From: Candidatus Poribacteria bacterium
Lineage (GTDB): Bacteria; Poribacteria; WGA-4E; WGA-3G
DNA length: 64,000 bases
Assembly (NCBI GenBank): GCA_965198235.1
Contig: OZ240248.1
Location: 4,960,001 to 5,024,000, forward strand
Reading direction: 5' to 3'
In this document: piece by piece, positions 18,581 to 28,795 of the stretch
How positions within the stretch are numbered: the first letter of the stretch is position 1
How the letters are laid out: each line of letters begins with the position of its first letter
The notes under the pieces: model-generated
Told to the model about the DNA's origin: nothing
Database searches by the model: none
The model's input: the letters and a program-made list of their open reading frames with translations, nothing else
Translations under genes and position numbers: made by a program

Positions 18581-20941
18581 ATGCCAGAGCCAACCGATAG
18601 GCACTTTGAAGAAATCAGAGAAATTCGATTATCAGACTATTTTTGGATCCTTTTTCGGAATAAATGGAGCGTCCTTCTCATTTTTTTCCTTTCCGTTTTC
18701 GTGGCGTTTCTCATAACCGACCTCACCCAGCCGGTTTACCCATCTGAAACAACCCTTCGAGTCTTAGACGGTCAACCAACTTCTTCGCTACTTTCGCAGT
18801 TGCCGCTACCTGGATTATTAGGCGGTCCATCTTTGGGTGCTTACGCGGCGCAGATACAATCGCGAGATCTCGTGATTGCACCGGCTATCCGTCGACTCAG
18901 AGAGGAAGGACTACTCGATCCATTGCCGGTTCATCGTGGGTGGGTTATCGTGTGGTTTGCGGATTTGTTGAATATTACACTTGCTCAGGATGCGACGGAA
19001 CAGGGCGAACTCACCCTCACTGAGTGGGAAGATTTCTTCGTCAAAACGCTTATTGACGAGGAGTTAAAGGTTGAAGAAACACCCGACGGAAGTGTAATTA
19101 CTGTTACTGTGACACAGCGGACACCGGAACGGGCACAGAACATAGCCAACAAAATTGGGGCTGTGTTTCAAGCGGCTGTCGAAGCGGAAGCCGCTGAAAA
19201 AATGCAGTGGTGGGAAAAGCCGCTCCCACAGACGATGTTGAATCAGACAAGGGATAGCCTCACGAAAGCTGAAGAGGCGTTCTTTAAATTTCAGCAAGAG
19301 TACCCGGAAATTACCTTGAATGCAGAGGGCGGAACACAAGCTCAAATCATTTTGGCACTTCAAGTGAAAGAAAATGAATTGATAGATCTCTTGGTGAGTG
19401 CTGAATTTAGACTGGGGATCTATCAGGCAGAGTTGGGGAACTTGTCACAGAATGTCGTTTCAGAAACAATTGCGCGGAACCCTTCGCATTCCAAACTGCA
19501 AGATAGTTTAAACGAGTATGAAATCGACCGGGCAGAACTTCTTGGCAAGTATGATGAAACGCATCCTGAAGTGGCGGCGATTGATGAAAAAATTAGAGAG
19601 ACAAGAACACGGCTTGATAAAGAAGAGAAAGAGATAAAGAGTACAACCGCTTCCTACAATCCGCTCCATCAGGCACTCACAGAAAAGGTGAATGAGGCGG
19701 AAGCAGCCATTGTCAGCCTAAAGAGACAGAAGGAAGAGGTCGCTGCCAAAATCGCTGCGCACCTTGAGAAACTCGGCAGCTGGTCCCCGACGCAATTGCA
19801 GTTTTATCGACTCAAACGGAATGTCGAAATTTATAACACACAAGTACTGGCTTTAGAAGCGAAGATGCGGGAGGCGGAAATTTTCGCACAGGCACGCACA
19901 GAGAGTATCAAAGTTTTAGATATGGCACGGGCACCCGAAGAACCGTTGAAGCCTCGCCTGAAACTGAATCTCGCTTTGGGTGCTATGGCAGGTATGCTGC
20001 TGGGCTTTACATTCGCTGTAGCGAAAAATTACTTCGACGATACATATCTCCGTTTAGAAGATGCAGTGCGTCAATTGGACGCACTGCCCGAATCGCCAAG
20101 TTTCCTTGGCGTACTTCCGTCCATCAAGAAGCGCAATACGTACCGACTTCCGCTAATTGTTCACGATGCTCCGCAATCAAGGTCGGCTGAGGCGTTTCGT
20201 GTCCTACAAGCGAAGCTGCCGTTTTTGAATCCAGGGGCACCCGTGAGAACAATTCTTGTTACAAGTGCTACTCGGGGCGAAGGGAAAAGCACGATCTCTT
20301 CAAATCTTGCCGTTGCTCTTGCGCAAAGGGGAAGTAGAGTATTATTAATTGATGCCGATATGCGCCGTCCCTCGCAGCACAACACTTTTCCGGGAGAGCA
20401 ACTGCCTCAAGCAGAAGGTGCAGTGGAGACATCTGACGCTGAATTTCCTATCGCGCACGTTGGGGCACGTAAACCTGGGTTGAGTGAAGCCCTTATCCAT
20501 TTAAACTCAGAAAATGGAGACGACATCCTCCAGGCAACAGTCAAGCAAACCGATATTCCTAATTTGCATCTCGTCCCGAGTGGCACTGTGCCACCAAATC
20601 CAATTGAACTTCTCAACTCGGAAATGATGACAGATTGGTTGGAACTTGCAAAATCGGAGTACGATGTGATTGTGATCGACTCGCCGCCGGTCCGTGCTGT
20701 TGCCGATCCGATGATTTTGGCAAACATCGTTGATGCCATCGTCTATGTGTTTGACATTACGAGGACCCGACGATTTGATATACTTACTGGAGTCCGACAT
20801 TTGACAGAAGCCTTTCCGATGAAAGGTATCGGTGTGCTTTGCAACATGATCAATCCGAGGCACGCCAAGTCCTATGGTTATTACAGTCGCCACGGCAACT
20901 ACTATGGGCTCGTAGATGAGGACAGCGAAACCGAATCATAA
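18581..20941 (+). CDS. Polysaccharide chain-length regulator / tyrosine autokinase (Wzc-like)
   Basis: Two TMs, coiled-coil periplasmic domain, AEAFRVL, TSATRGEGKST, IDADMRRP, IDSPP, C-terminal Tyr cluster SYGYYSRHGNYYG. Confidence 0.92.
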   Translation: MPEPTDRHFEEIREIRLSDYFWILFRNKWSVLLIFFLSVFVAFLITDLTQPVYPSETTLRVLDGQPTSSLLSQLPLPGLLGGPSLGAYAAQIQSRDLVIAPAIRRLREEGLLDPLPVHRGWVIVWFADLLNITLAQDATEQGELTLTEWEDFFVKTLIDEELKVEETPDGSVITVTVTQRTPERAQNIANKIGAVFQAAVEAEAAEKMQWWEKPLPQTMLNQTRDSLTKAEEAFFKFQQEYPEITLNAEGGTQAQIILALQVKENELIDLLVSAEFRLGIYQAELGNLSQNVVSETIARNPSHSKLQDSLNEYEIDRAELLGKYDETHPEVAAIDEKIRETRTRLDKEEKEIKSTTASYNPLHQALTEKVNEAEAAIVSLKRQKEEVAAKIAAHLEKLGSWSPTQLQFYRLKRNVEIYNTQVLALEAKMREAEIFAQARTESIKVLDMARAPEEPLKPRLKLNLALGAMAGMLLGFTFAVAKNYFDDTYLRLEDAVRQLDALPESPSFLGVLPSIKKRNTYRLPLIVHDAPQSRSAEAFRVLQAKLPFLNPGAPVRTILVTSATRGEGKSTISSNLAVALAQRGSRVLLIDADMRRPSQHNTFPGEQLPQAEGAVETSDAEFPIAHVGARKPGLSEALIHLNSENGDDILQATVKQTDIPNLHLVPSGTVPPNPIELLNSEMMTDWLELAKSEYDVIVIDSPPVRAVADPMILANIVDAIVYVFDITRTRRFDILTGVRHLTEAFPMKGIGVLCNMINPRHAKSYGYYSRHGNYYGLVDEDSETES

Positions 20942-20989
20942 GTGAAAGGGATTTATAAGGAGAGGGTTCGCAGCACCGTTCCCAGAAGC

Positions 20990-21832
20990 CTACGATTGCA
21001 TCTTTCCTAAACTCGCAGGTGGACGTGATGTCCCTACCAACCCTGCAAGGACAACCATTGTTAAGATATACGGCAAACTGTTTAACAATTGTACTGGAAT
21101 GTCCCATCGGTTCGCGAGTTCCAAAGCAGTGGCAAATCCGAAGAGGAAGCATGCTGCGATGCCGCTCAATGGACGCCAATTTCCGAAGATGATAGCCGCG
21201 AGTGCGAGATAGCCACGTCCTGCTGTCATCCCTTTTGTGAAATAATGAACCTCAGATGCTAAAAAACAGCCGCCGATTCCTGCCAAGATGCCGCTTAGCA
21301 CAACCCCGATATATTGCCATTTCGCCCGACTCAGGCTGAGTGCTGCAAGTGCCTCTGTTGATTCACCCGCTGCACGCAATCGCAAACCCCACGGGGTTTT
21401 AAACAGGAGGATGTGACTCGCCACCATCAACACCGGCAGCACGTAGACGACGAAACTGTACGAACCGATAAATGGCACCTTCCAGTGCGGAAGACCGCCT
21501 ACTTGTTCAGTAGCCGGTAGGAGGTATTCTGTAATTCCTAACGCTAAGATGTTGATACCGACACCTGTGACGATCTGTTCCGCGTGAAAAGTAACCGTTG
21601 CGATAGCGTGTAGTAGGGCTAATAGTAACCCAAAGCCCACCCCTACGAGCAATCCGATCCATACTGAACCCGAAGCCTGTGTCCCGATAACATAACCGAA
21701 AGCCCCAATGAGCATCATACCTTCAAGAGCGAGGTTAATGACCCCGGCGCGCTCCGAATAAATCCCGCCGAGTGCGGCGAACCCCAGCGGTGTCGCCATT
21801 CGCAAAGTACTTGGAATCAGTTCAAAAATCAT
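20990..21832 (-). CDS. Nucleoside/simple-sugar ABC transporter permease (NupC/YufQ type)
   Basis: SERAGVINLALEGMM, GLRLRAAGES, TAGRGYLALAAIIFGNW. Confidence 0.92.
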   Translation of the reverse strand: MIFELIPSTLRMATPLGFAALGGIYSERAGVINLALEGMMLIGAFGYVIGTQASGSVWIGLLVGVGFGLLLALLHAIATVTFHAEQIVTGVGINILALGITEYLLPATEQVGGLPHWKVPFIGSYSFVVYVLPVLMVASHILLFKTPWGLRLRAAGESTEALAALSLSRAKWQYIGVVLSGILAGIGGCFLASEVHYFTKGMTAGRGYLALAAIIFGNWRPLSGIAACFLFGFATALELANRWDIPVQLLNSLPYILTMVVLAGLVGTSRPPASLGKMQS

Positions 21833-21871
21833 AATATTTCATAGTGAGGTCATCAGCACATAAGGGTAGAT

Positions 21872-21914
21872 TTCACCAGAAACCATCGTGAAACGTAGTG
21901 GAACGATGACCAGA
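21872..21914 (+). repeat. Dispersed hairpin repeat, GNA-triloop family
   Basis: catcgt-gaaacgtagtgga-acgatg between the two permease genes. Confidence 0.85.
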
Positions 21915-21916
21915 TT

Positions 21917-23038
21917 CTAATCGTTAGAAAATCGTGAGATGCTTTCTATGCTAACTAACCAGATAATTAGCATGCCTTGACCTGCAAGAAATAAACCGCG
22001 CGGGATTCCCAGCAGAATGTCGATATCCAAGGCGACCTTGTTCAGCAATCCGAACAGAATAGCTGCAGCCAAAATGCCGAAAGAATTGTTTTTGCCCAAA
22101 AGTGCAACTGCAATTCCGGTGAATCCCCACCCGGATGAGAAATTATCCAAAAACCGGTGGCGGTATCCCATGACCTCAGCCACACCTGCTAATCCGGCGA
22201 CCGAACCGCTCAATGCCATCACCCATATAGTCACTGTGCTGGGGTTTATCCCGCCGTAAGCAGCAGCATCTCGCGCATTGCCTACCAAGCGAAGTTCATA
22301 TCCCCAACGGGTATATGTTAAGAAGATATAACAACATACAGTACACCCACAAGCGAGCAGGAAGCTCACGTTTAGCGGATTGCTCCGTGGAAGAACGGGG
22401 AGCAAAGATGCCAATCTTGGGAGCCGTGCCGCTTCATGAATCTGTTGTGTTTGTGGAATCATCTGACCCGGTTCTTGGTAGACGGACGTAACAAGGTAGT
22501 TCATGAGAGCGAATGCAATGAAGTTCATCATAATGGTGTTGATAACTTCATGGGCACCGTATCTCGCCTTTAAGAATCCCGGGATCGCACCCCATCCAGC
22601 ACCGGCAATCATTGCACCACCTATACAGAAAGGGATCAGCAGAAAAGGGGGAAGGTCCAGGTGTATGCCTATCCACGCGGCAGCGAACGCTGCGATATAG
22701 AGTTGCCCTTCGCAACCGATATTAAACAGTCCGCTTTTGTAGCCGATAGCAACAGCGAGTCCTGTAAATATAAGTGGAGTTGCGTTAAACAGGACATAGC
22801 CGAAATCGTCAAAACTTGAGAACCCACTCACAAGGATAACACTATAGAATTCCAATGGATCCTGCCCGCGTATCTGAAGCACAAGCCCACACAAAAGAAA
22901 AAATCCAGCAAGCGCAAGGAGTGACGGTATAAAATTAACGAACAAATGTTTGGCTTGGGATGCTCTGTTCCGCAACAGGGAGGCGAACACTTTTTGAATA
23001 TTCAAGGTTTTCTTGATGTCTCTACTGAAATTTGACAA
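21917..23038 (-). CDS. Nucleoside/simple-sugar ABC transporter permease (NupB/YufP type)
   Basis: ATPLIFTGLAVA, GLFNIGCEGQ, HEVINTIMMN, GFTGIAVALLG. Confidence 0.92.
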   Translation of the reverse strand: MSNFSRDIKKTLNIQKVFASLLRNRASQAKHLFVNFIPSLLALAGFFLLCGLVLQIRGQDPLEFYSVILVSGFSSFDDFGYVLFNATPLIFTGLAVAIGYKSGLFNIGCEGQLYIAAFAAAWIGIHLDLPPFLLIPFCIGGAMIAGAGWGAIPGFLKARYGAHEVINTIMMNFIAFALMNYLVTSVYQEPGQMIPQTQQIHEAARLPRLASLLPVLPRSNPLNVSFLLACGCTVCCYIFLTYTRWGYELRLVGNARDAAAYGGINPSTVTIWVMALSGSVAGLAGVAEVMGYRHRFLDNFSSGWGFTGIAVALLGKNNSFGILAAAILFGLLNKVALDIDILLGIPRGLFLAGQGMLIIWLVSIESISRFSND

Positions 23039-23159
23039 AAAGCCTCAAAACATGTTATTATACGTGATATTAAGTCTATCAGCAACATACCCGTTAGTAT
23101 AGCACAGATGTCGGATTAAAACAATTCACCGGTTAAAAGAAAGGCAGCAACGATTCCCC

Positions 23160-24575
23160 ATGCAGAGAAACAGAGCGAAACTTTCTCATCTTGAAAATGA
23201 AATCACCCCAACCGATCTTCCTGCTGTTTTAGGTGGAACACCAGTCTTTGAAAAAACGCCTGATGCACCCTATCCGAAGTTGGAACAGTGGAGCCAGATG
23301 ACAGAAGAAGAGGCTCAGGTTGTTTACGAAATGACGCTTCGGAACGAACTCTCTGGCGTATCCCCGACTGTTCAAGAATTTGAGCGAACTTGGCGTGAAC
23401 GCCACCAGACCCGATTTGCATTGAGTCTTACCAACGGTACAGCGGCACTACACAGCGCAATGTTTGGACTGGGTGTCGGTCCGGGTGATGAAGTTATCTG
23501 TCCGACCTATACGTGGATGGGATCAATTACACCAGCGTTGACGCTAATGGCAAAGCCTGTTTTCTGTGAAGTGGATCCGAGGACATTGTTAATTGATGTT
23601 GCTGATGTTCGACAGTGTATTACACCCCGAACCAAGGCAATTGTGGCGGTGCATCTGTGGGGCAATGTGTGTGACATGGATGCCCTCATGACACTCAGTG
23701 CAGAGACAGGCGTGCCGGTCATAGAGGATTGTTCTCACGCACATGGTGCCTCTTACAAAGGTGTACCATGTGGCAGCATCGGACAGGCAGGTGCGTGGAG
23801 TTTGCAAGGCAGTAAACCCATTAGTGGTGGCGAAGGTGGAATGCTTGCTACCAACGATGTAGCAGTTTTTGAGAGGGCTTGTCTACTCGGACAAGTCAAT
23901 CGTCCTGCTAACGTTGTCGGAGAAACAGTAGAAGGACTGCGCTATACGCATCTCCCGCCGATGGGGCTTGGTGTTAAATTTCGTGCACATCCGCTTGCTA
24001 TCGGTATTGCTTCGGTGCAGCTGAAGAAACTTGATAAACTCAATGCAAACCGCCGTGCCTTTATACAGGAAATCTCCGACGGGTTGCGGGAGATTGCGGG
24101 TGTTTCTCCTATTGAAACCTATGAAGGTGTTGAGTCAGCCGGATTTTTTGGATTTCCTATCCACTATCACGAGGACGAGATGCATGGGCTGCCGGCACCT
24201 GTGTTCGCTGACACCCTCCGAAAAGAGGGGGTTTTGGCAAATAACAATCCGTACCCACTTGTCGTTGGCGATGGTGTGCCTGTATTTTCAGGGAGCATGC
24301 CGACAAATAGCAATCCGTATCCACTTCTACATACCTTACCGCTCTTCACACACGGACTTGATATGTACATGGACGGTCGCGGTGCCCTCTGCACCAATGA
24401 TATGGGTGGAGAGTTTGAAACCTATGCGCCAGGGGATTTGCCTGTGACTGAAAAAGCTTGTTCGCAGCTTATATTTTTACCGTTGTTGACAGAACCCGTA
24501 ACAGGTGCCGTGTCGGGAATTTTGGATGCTATTCGCAAAGTCTCTTTACACAGCCATCTGATAAATGGTCTCTAA
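23160..24575 (+). CDS. DegT/DnrJ/EryC1/StrS family PLP-dependent aminotransferase
   Basis: NGTAALH, GPGDEVI, VHLWG, IEDCSHAHGA, SLQGSKPISGGEGG. Confidence 0.92.
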   Translation: MQRNRAKLSHLENEITPTDLPAVLGGTPVFEKTPDAPYPKLEQWSQMTEEEAQVVYEMTLRNELSGVSPTVQEFERTWRERHQTRFALSLTNGTAALHSAMFGLGVGPGDEVICPTYTWMGSITPALTLMAKPVFCEVDPRTLLIDVADVRQCITPRTKAIVAVHLWGNVCDMDALMTLSAETGVPVIEDCSHAHGASYKGVPCGSIGQAGAWSLQGSKPISGGEGGMLATNDVAVFERACLLGQVNRPANVVGETVEGLRYTHLPPMGLGVKFRAHPLAIGIASVQLKKLDKLNANRRAFIQEISDGLREIAGVSPIETYEGVESAGFFGFPIHYHEDEMHGLPAPVFADTLRKEGVLANNNPYPLVVGDGVPVFSGSMPTNSNPYPLLHTLPLFTHGLDMYMDGRGALCTNDMGGEFETYAPGDLPVTEKACSQLIFLPLLTEPVTGAVSGILDAIRKVSLHSHLINGL

Positions 24576-24589
24576 CGATTGCTCCTGGG

Positions 24590-24714
24590 CACTGTTCCAC
24601 TACGTTTCGCAGTGGTTTTTGGTTAACCCGCTCCAGGTGCTCAAAGGGTTCCTGACCTTGCCGGTTACCATCGTGGAATGTAATAGAACGATGCTCATAT
24701 TCAATAAATTAAAA
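24590..24714. repeat. Pair of oppositely oriented GNA-triloop hairpin repeats
   Basis: 24590-24614 (reverse complement cactgc-gaaacgtagtgga-acagtg) and 24669-24693 (catcgt-ggaatgtaataga-acgatg). Confidence 0.8.
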
Positions 24715-24715
24715 T

Positions 24716-26380
24716 ATGCCAACGGAATTTTCAGCTCGAACTCGCGCCCAGAATATAGAAATCTTCAAGACTGAACCGTTAGATGTTTTAGTTATCGGTG
24801 GTGGTATCGTCGGTGCGGGTTTAATCCGGGACCTTGCGCTCAACGGTGGCATCAAAGCGGGCTTGATTGAACAAGGCGATTTTGCAAATGGAACGAGTAG
24901 TGCTACCTCACAACTCGTCCATGGTGGATTTCGCTATCTGCTCAAGCGCGATATTGAACTCGTCAAAAAGGCACGTCGGGAGCGTGAAATCCTCCGCCGG
25001 ATCGCGCCGAATCTCATCAAACCGATCCCGTTAGCACTTCTTTGCTACAAAGGCGATCCGTATCCGTTGACAGGCATGCAACTCGCTGCGCATTACTACA
25101 ATTGTCTCTCTAAAACAGATGAAAAGGAGAAGTCAATAGCGATTCGCGATGTACGAAAGATACAGCATCTTGTCGGACCTATTGCCACAAATGCCTTAAA
25201 GGGGTGTGTCCTTTTATGGGATAGCACTGTTGACGATGCGCGATTGACACTCGCAACACTCAAAGATGCCCATCGACACGGGGCTATTGTTGCAAACTAC
25301 GTACGTTTTCATGATTTTGTCGTTCAATCGGAGACTGTTAATGCCAAGAACCGGATGTACAGGATAGTCGCTGAGGATGTTATTACCGGACAGCGTTTTG
25401 AGATTTCGGCTCGGAAAATAGTATCCGCAACGGGACCCTGGAGCGATCATGTATGGCGTAAAGATCCGAGTTACGACGGGACATCGCGCTTGTTGATGGA
25501 AAACGCGAAAGGCATCCATCTCCTCTTACCGCGCTGTGGAAAAGCGGACGACGCTGGTACTTACGGTCTGATAACCTTCACGCAGATGGAAAAGCAGCAT
25601 AGACGGAACCCGCGAGTTATTTTTATTCTACCTGGTGCCCATAATACCTCCATTGTTGGTACCACTGAAACAACACCAGAAGAGGAATTGGCATCAGTCC
25701 GCCCATCAGCGAATGAGGTGACGTATCTGCTCTCGGAAGCCCAGCGAATTTTCCCGAAAAAAACGCTCAATCGAGATGCCATTATCGCTGCCTATGCTGG
25801 TACCCGTCCGCTCATCGCATCAAATCGACATCTACGAGGGTTCGCAAGAACCGGTTTTGTTTCGAGGGAGCATTTGATTACAGAGAGCCCAAGCGGGATA
25901 ATGTATCTCTATGGTGGAAAACTCACCACACACCGCCAGATGGCGGAAGAGACCGTGAACCACCTTGCCGCATTTCTAAACGTCCCCCGCTCCTGTAAGA
26001 CTGCCACTTATCCATTGCCGAATGCAGCTGGGGAGGCATCGGGTGCTGATGCGGAGCGTCTCGTTAAGCGATATGGCGAAGGGTATAGCACGATTCAAAA
26101 ATTCATCACCGAGGATGCGACGCTTGGGGAGCCAGTAACACCATCTCTTCCGTTCACGAAAGCTGAACTTCTCTATGCATATTGGGGTGAAATGGCGATC
26201 ACGCTTGAGGATCTCCTCTGGCGACGCACCCGAATCGGTTGGACACCGGGTCAAGGTGTCGATATAGCCCCCAAAATAGCACAATTCTTGGGTGAGAAAA
26301 ACAATTGGAATGATACCAGAATCGCAGCAGAGGTCGAGACATATCGTGAACGTATCCGTTGGTTAAATTTTAATTTTTAA
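24716..26380 (+). CDS. glpD: FAD-dependent glycerol-3-phosphate dehydrogenase/oxidase
   Basis: IGGGIVGAG, GTSSATSQLVHGGFRYL, DDARL, KGIHL, AGTRPL, SREH, GGKLTTHRQMAE, RRTR. Confidence 0.9.
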   Translation: MPTEFSARTRAQNIEIFKTEPLDVLVIGGGIVGAGLIRDLALNGGIKAGLIEQGDFANGTSSATSQLVHGGFRYLLKRDIELVKKARREREILRRIAPNLIKPIPLALLCYKGDPYPLTGMQLAAHYYNCLSKTDEKEKSIAIRDVRKIQHLVGPIATNALKGCVLLWDSTVDDARLTLATLKDAHRHGAIVANYVRFHDFVVQSETVNAKNRMYRIVAEDVITGQRFEISARKIVSATGPWSDHVWRKDPSYDGTSRLLMENAKGIHLLLPRCGKADDAGTYGLITFTQMEKQHRRNPRVIFILPGAHNTSIVGTTETTPEEELASVRPSANEVTYLLSEAQRIFPKKTLNRDAIIAAYAGTRPLIASNRHLRGFARTGFVSREHLITESPSGIMYLYGGKLTTHRQMAEETVNHLAAFLNVPRSCKTATYPLPNAAGEASGADAERLVKRYGEGYSTIQKFITEDATLGEPVTPSLPFTKAELLYAYWGEMAITLEDLLWRRTRIGWTPGQGVDIAPKIAQFLGEKNNWNDTRIAAEVETYRERIRWLNFNF

Positions 26381-26397
26381 ATAATGCACACCTGGAT

Positions 26398-26620
26398 GCA
26401 GTTCCACTTCGTTTCACTGCGGTTTTCGGTGAATTCCAACCTGATTCAGGTGCTGAAAGGTTTTTTAACTTATTAAATCTGAGCATCGTTCCACTACGTT
26501 CCACGATGGTTCCTGGAGAAGTCGAGAACTTGCTTTAGGTTTTAAAAGGTTAATAACTTTAACGGAACCCTGTGCGAAACGAAGTGGAGCACAGCTCAGA
26601 TTCCAATAGCTAGAAAATTA
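26398..26620. repeat. Cluster of three GNA-triloop hairpin repeats
   Basis: 26398-26420 (-), 26484-26508 (-), 26570-26594 (+). Same loop, different stems. Confidence 0.8.
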
Positions 26621-26625
26621 GAAAA

Positions 26626-27618
26626 ATGGAAGTTTATCGTTGGGAAGACAGGAAATTTGGGAAACTTGAACCTTTGCGTTTTGGCGAGGAACGCGACTTC
26701 GAGGATCTACTCGAAAAGGATGCAACGCTGGTCCTTGGTGAACCTCTTTGCGTTATCAGCAGGCAACCACCTCTTAGCACATCAAAACAGAAGATTGATC
26801 TGCTCGCGCTCGACAGACAGGGCAATTGTGTGATTATTGAACTCAAGCGTGGAAAACCCTCTCGGACAGCAATCACACAAATTTTAGAGTATGCCGCTGG
26901 GATTTCTCAACTTTCTTTTATAGAGTTGGAGACACTCGCGTATCGCTGGTGCCAACAACAGGGTAAAGAGTTTTCCTCCCTTACTGCCCTACACAGTGAA
27001 TTCTTTGGATATGAACCCGGCGATATTCGCAAGTCGGCATTCAATCAAAGACAGCGGTTGGTGCTGGTTTCCGAGGGAGTAGACGCTCGCGTCTTAGAGG
27101 TCGCAGAATATCTACGGGCTCTGGGGCTTGATCTCACCTATATCTCTTATTTTTCCTACCACGCCCCTGATGAAATCTTGGTCGCAACCGAGACCGTTCT
27201 GGGTGGGAAACTCGTCAAAGAGGAAGAGCGAAGTTATGGACACACCACTCAGCAATTTATGACCCTCGTATTGTTCATTGAGATGCTACAGGAGAATGAG
27301 GAACTCTCGCAAATTGCCCATGAATTTTTGGAATATATCGAGGCGTGTGGGGCGACGCTTCGACCTCGCATCGCGAAACTCAGGATGACTTTCGGGGGGC
27401 ACTGGTGGCTCGACACGTATCCCTCAAGAAGGGCGACCCACTTCCGGGTTGATGTCCACGGCGACTTCACACCGCTCCATATTGTTGAGTGCAGAGCCAA
27501 TTTGCCCAATGTAACAGTCAAGAATTTCGGTATCTCTTTTAACATCGCTTCCAAAGCCCATCTTGACTATGCGATTGAGATTTTTGAACGCGTCCGGAAC
27601 TCTATCCTATCTGCATAG
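26626..27618 (+). CDS. NucS-like PD-(D/E)xK endonuclease domain protein
   Basis: EERDFEDLL, KIDLLALDRQGNCVIIELKRG, AITQILEYA. Confidence 0.8.
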   Translation: MEVYRWEDRKFGKLEPLRFGEERDFEDLLEKDATLVLGEPLCVISRQPPLSTSKQKIDLLALDRQGNCVIIELKRGKPSRTAITQILEYAAGISQLSFIELETLAYRWCQQQGKEFSSLTALHSEFFGYEPGDIRKSAFNQRQRLVLVSEGVDARVLEVAEYLRALGLDLTYISYFSYHAPDEILVATETVLGGKLVKEEERSYGHTTQQFMTLVLFIEMLQENEELSQIAHEFLEYIEACGATLRPRIAKLRMTFGGHWWLDTYPSRRATHFRVDVHGDFTPLHIVECRANLPNVTVKNFGISFNIASKAHLDYAIEIFERVRNSILSA

Positions 27619-27726
27619 TTCAAAAATCAGAGGGCCCCGACAACGGATGCACCTATTTAAAAAGCGTACATATCCTTAATCGCGTTGGACTTCACGGAAA
27701 ACCATCGTGAAACGAAATAGTTAAAA

Positions 27727-28749
27727 ATGCGTTTTGCCCACCCTGAATTTCTCCATCTTTTATGGATAGTGCTACCCTTGATACTGTTGCTTCTCTCTGG
27801 ATTACAACAGAAACGCAAAGCACTACAGCGATTCTACAGCAATGTGGACCCGGCACACCTGCAGCGACACAAGGTTCAAGCGGGATTGTTGCTGCTGAGT
27901 TATTTCCTCTTGACGCTTGCAATCGCGCGTCCGCAGTGGGGTGCCAAACCTGAACCCGTTGCGGAACGATTAGATGTTATGCTCGCATTGGATATTTCGA
28001 CCAGTATGCTCGCGGAAGATGAAGAATCCCTTCGACGACTGACCCACGCGAAAGAGGTTATGTTTTCACTATTAGAGGCGCTTAAAGGCGACCGGGTCGG
28101 ATTACTCTACTTTGCTGAAGCGAGTTTCGTGGTATGTCCTTTGACAAGCGACACTCCCACCCTCAGAGAATTCTTGGAGGCGGTAACTGCCGAAACACTG
28201 ACTCACAGCGGGACCCGTATCCGAAACGCTATTGAGACAGCGACCGCTCGACTCAGTTCAAACCAGAACAATACAACAGCAATAGATACCGATTTCGGGG
28301 GGCAAAAGGTCCTGATTCTTTTTACAGATGGGGAGGACCATGGTGAAGAGACGATTGAGGCAGCAAGAACTGCGACTCAGAAGGGGGTGCATATCTATTG
28401 TGTCGGTATTGGGAACGCTATCCAATCTGTACCTATTCCGCTTCCGCGGGACACGACTACGGAAACTGCCCCCTACAAGCGCGATGCCAACGGACAACTC
28501 GTACTAACGGCGTTGGATGAAACTCGTCTGCAAGAAATTGCCGAAGCAGGGAACGGTAGCTACTATCATGCGAATACGGGGATTGTCCAGTTAGCGGAGG
28601 ACTTAGCACGACTCGAAAAACAGAAGTTCAGGATCCGCTCAGATGGCGAATATCAGGAACGGTTTCAATTATTTGTAGTTGGGGCGTTAATTCTGCTTAT
28701 CTGTGAAGTGTTGCACTTTGCGGTATGGTCTCGCGAGCTGCGTCCTTAG
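27727..28749 (+). CDS. VWA domain protein (BatB-like)
   Basis: MRFAHPEFL, ARPQWG, MIDAS DISTSM, DRVGLL, CPLTSD, FTDGEDH, YQERFQ, C-terminal TM. Confidence 0.88.
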   Translation: MRFAHPEFLHLLWIVLPLILLLLSGLQQKRKALQRFYSNVDPAHLQRHKVQAGLLLLSYFLLTLAIARPQWGAKPEPVAERLDVMLALDISTSMLAEDEESLRRLTHAKEVMFSLLEALKGDRVGLLYFAEASFVVCPLTSDTPTLREFLEAVTAETLTHSGTRIRNAIETATARLSSNQNNTTAIDTDFGGQKVLILFTDGEDHGEETIEAARTATQKGVHIYCVGIGNAIQSVPIPLPRDTTTETAPYKRDANGQLVLTALDETRLQEIAEAGNGSYYHANTGIVQLAEDLARLEKQKFRIRSDGEYQERFQLFVVGALILLICEVLHFAVWSRELRP

Positions 28750-28795
28750 AAAAACTGCTGTATGCCAAGTCGTATACGTTCTCACATATTTGATA

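Noticed and set aside
24590-27726. Integron cassette array (hairpins as attC sites)
   Set aside because: No RYYYAAC/GTTRRRY core sites, mixed orientations, flanked genes are ordinary metabolic genes, and no integrase is present.
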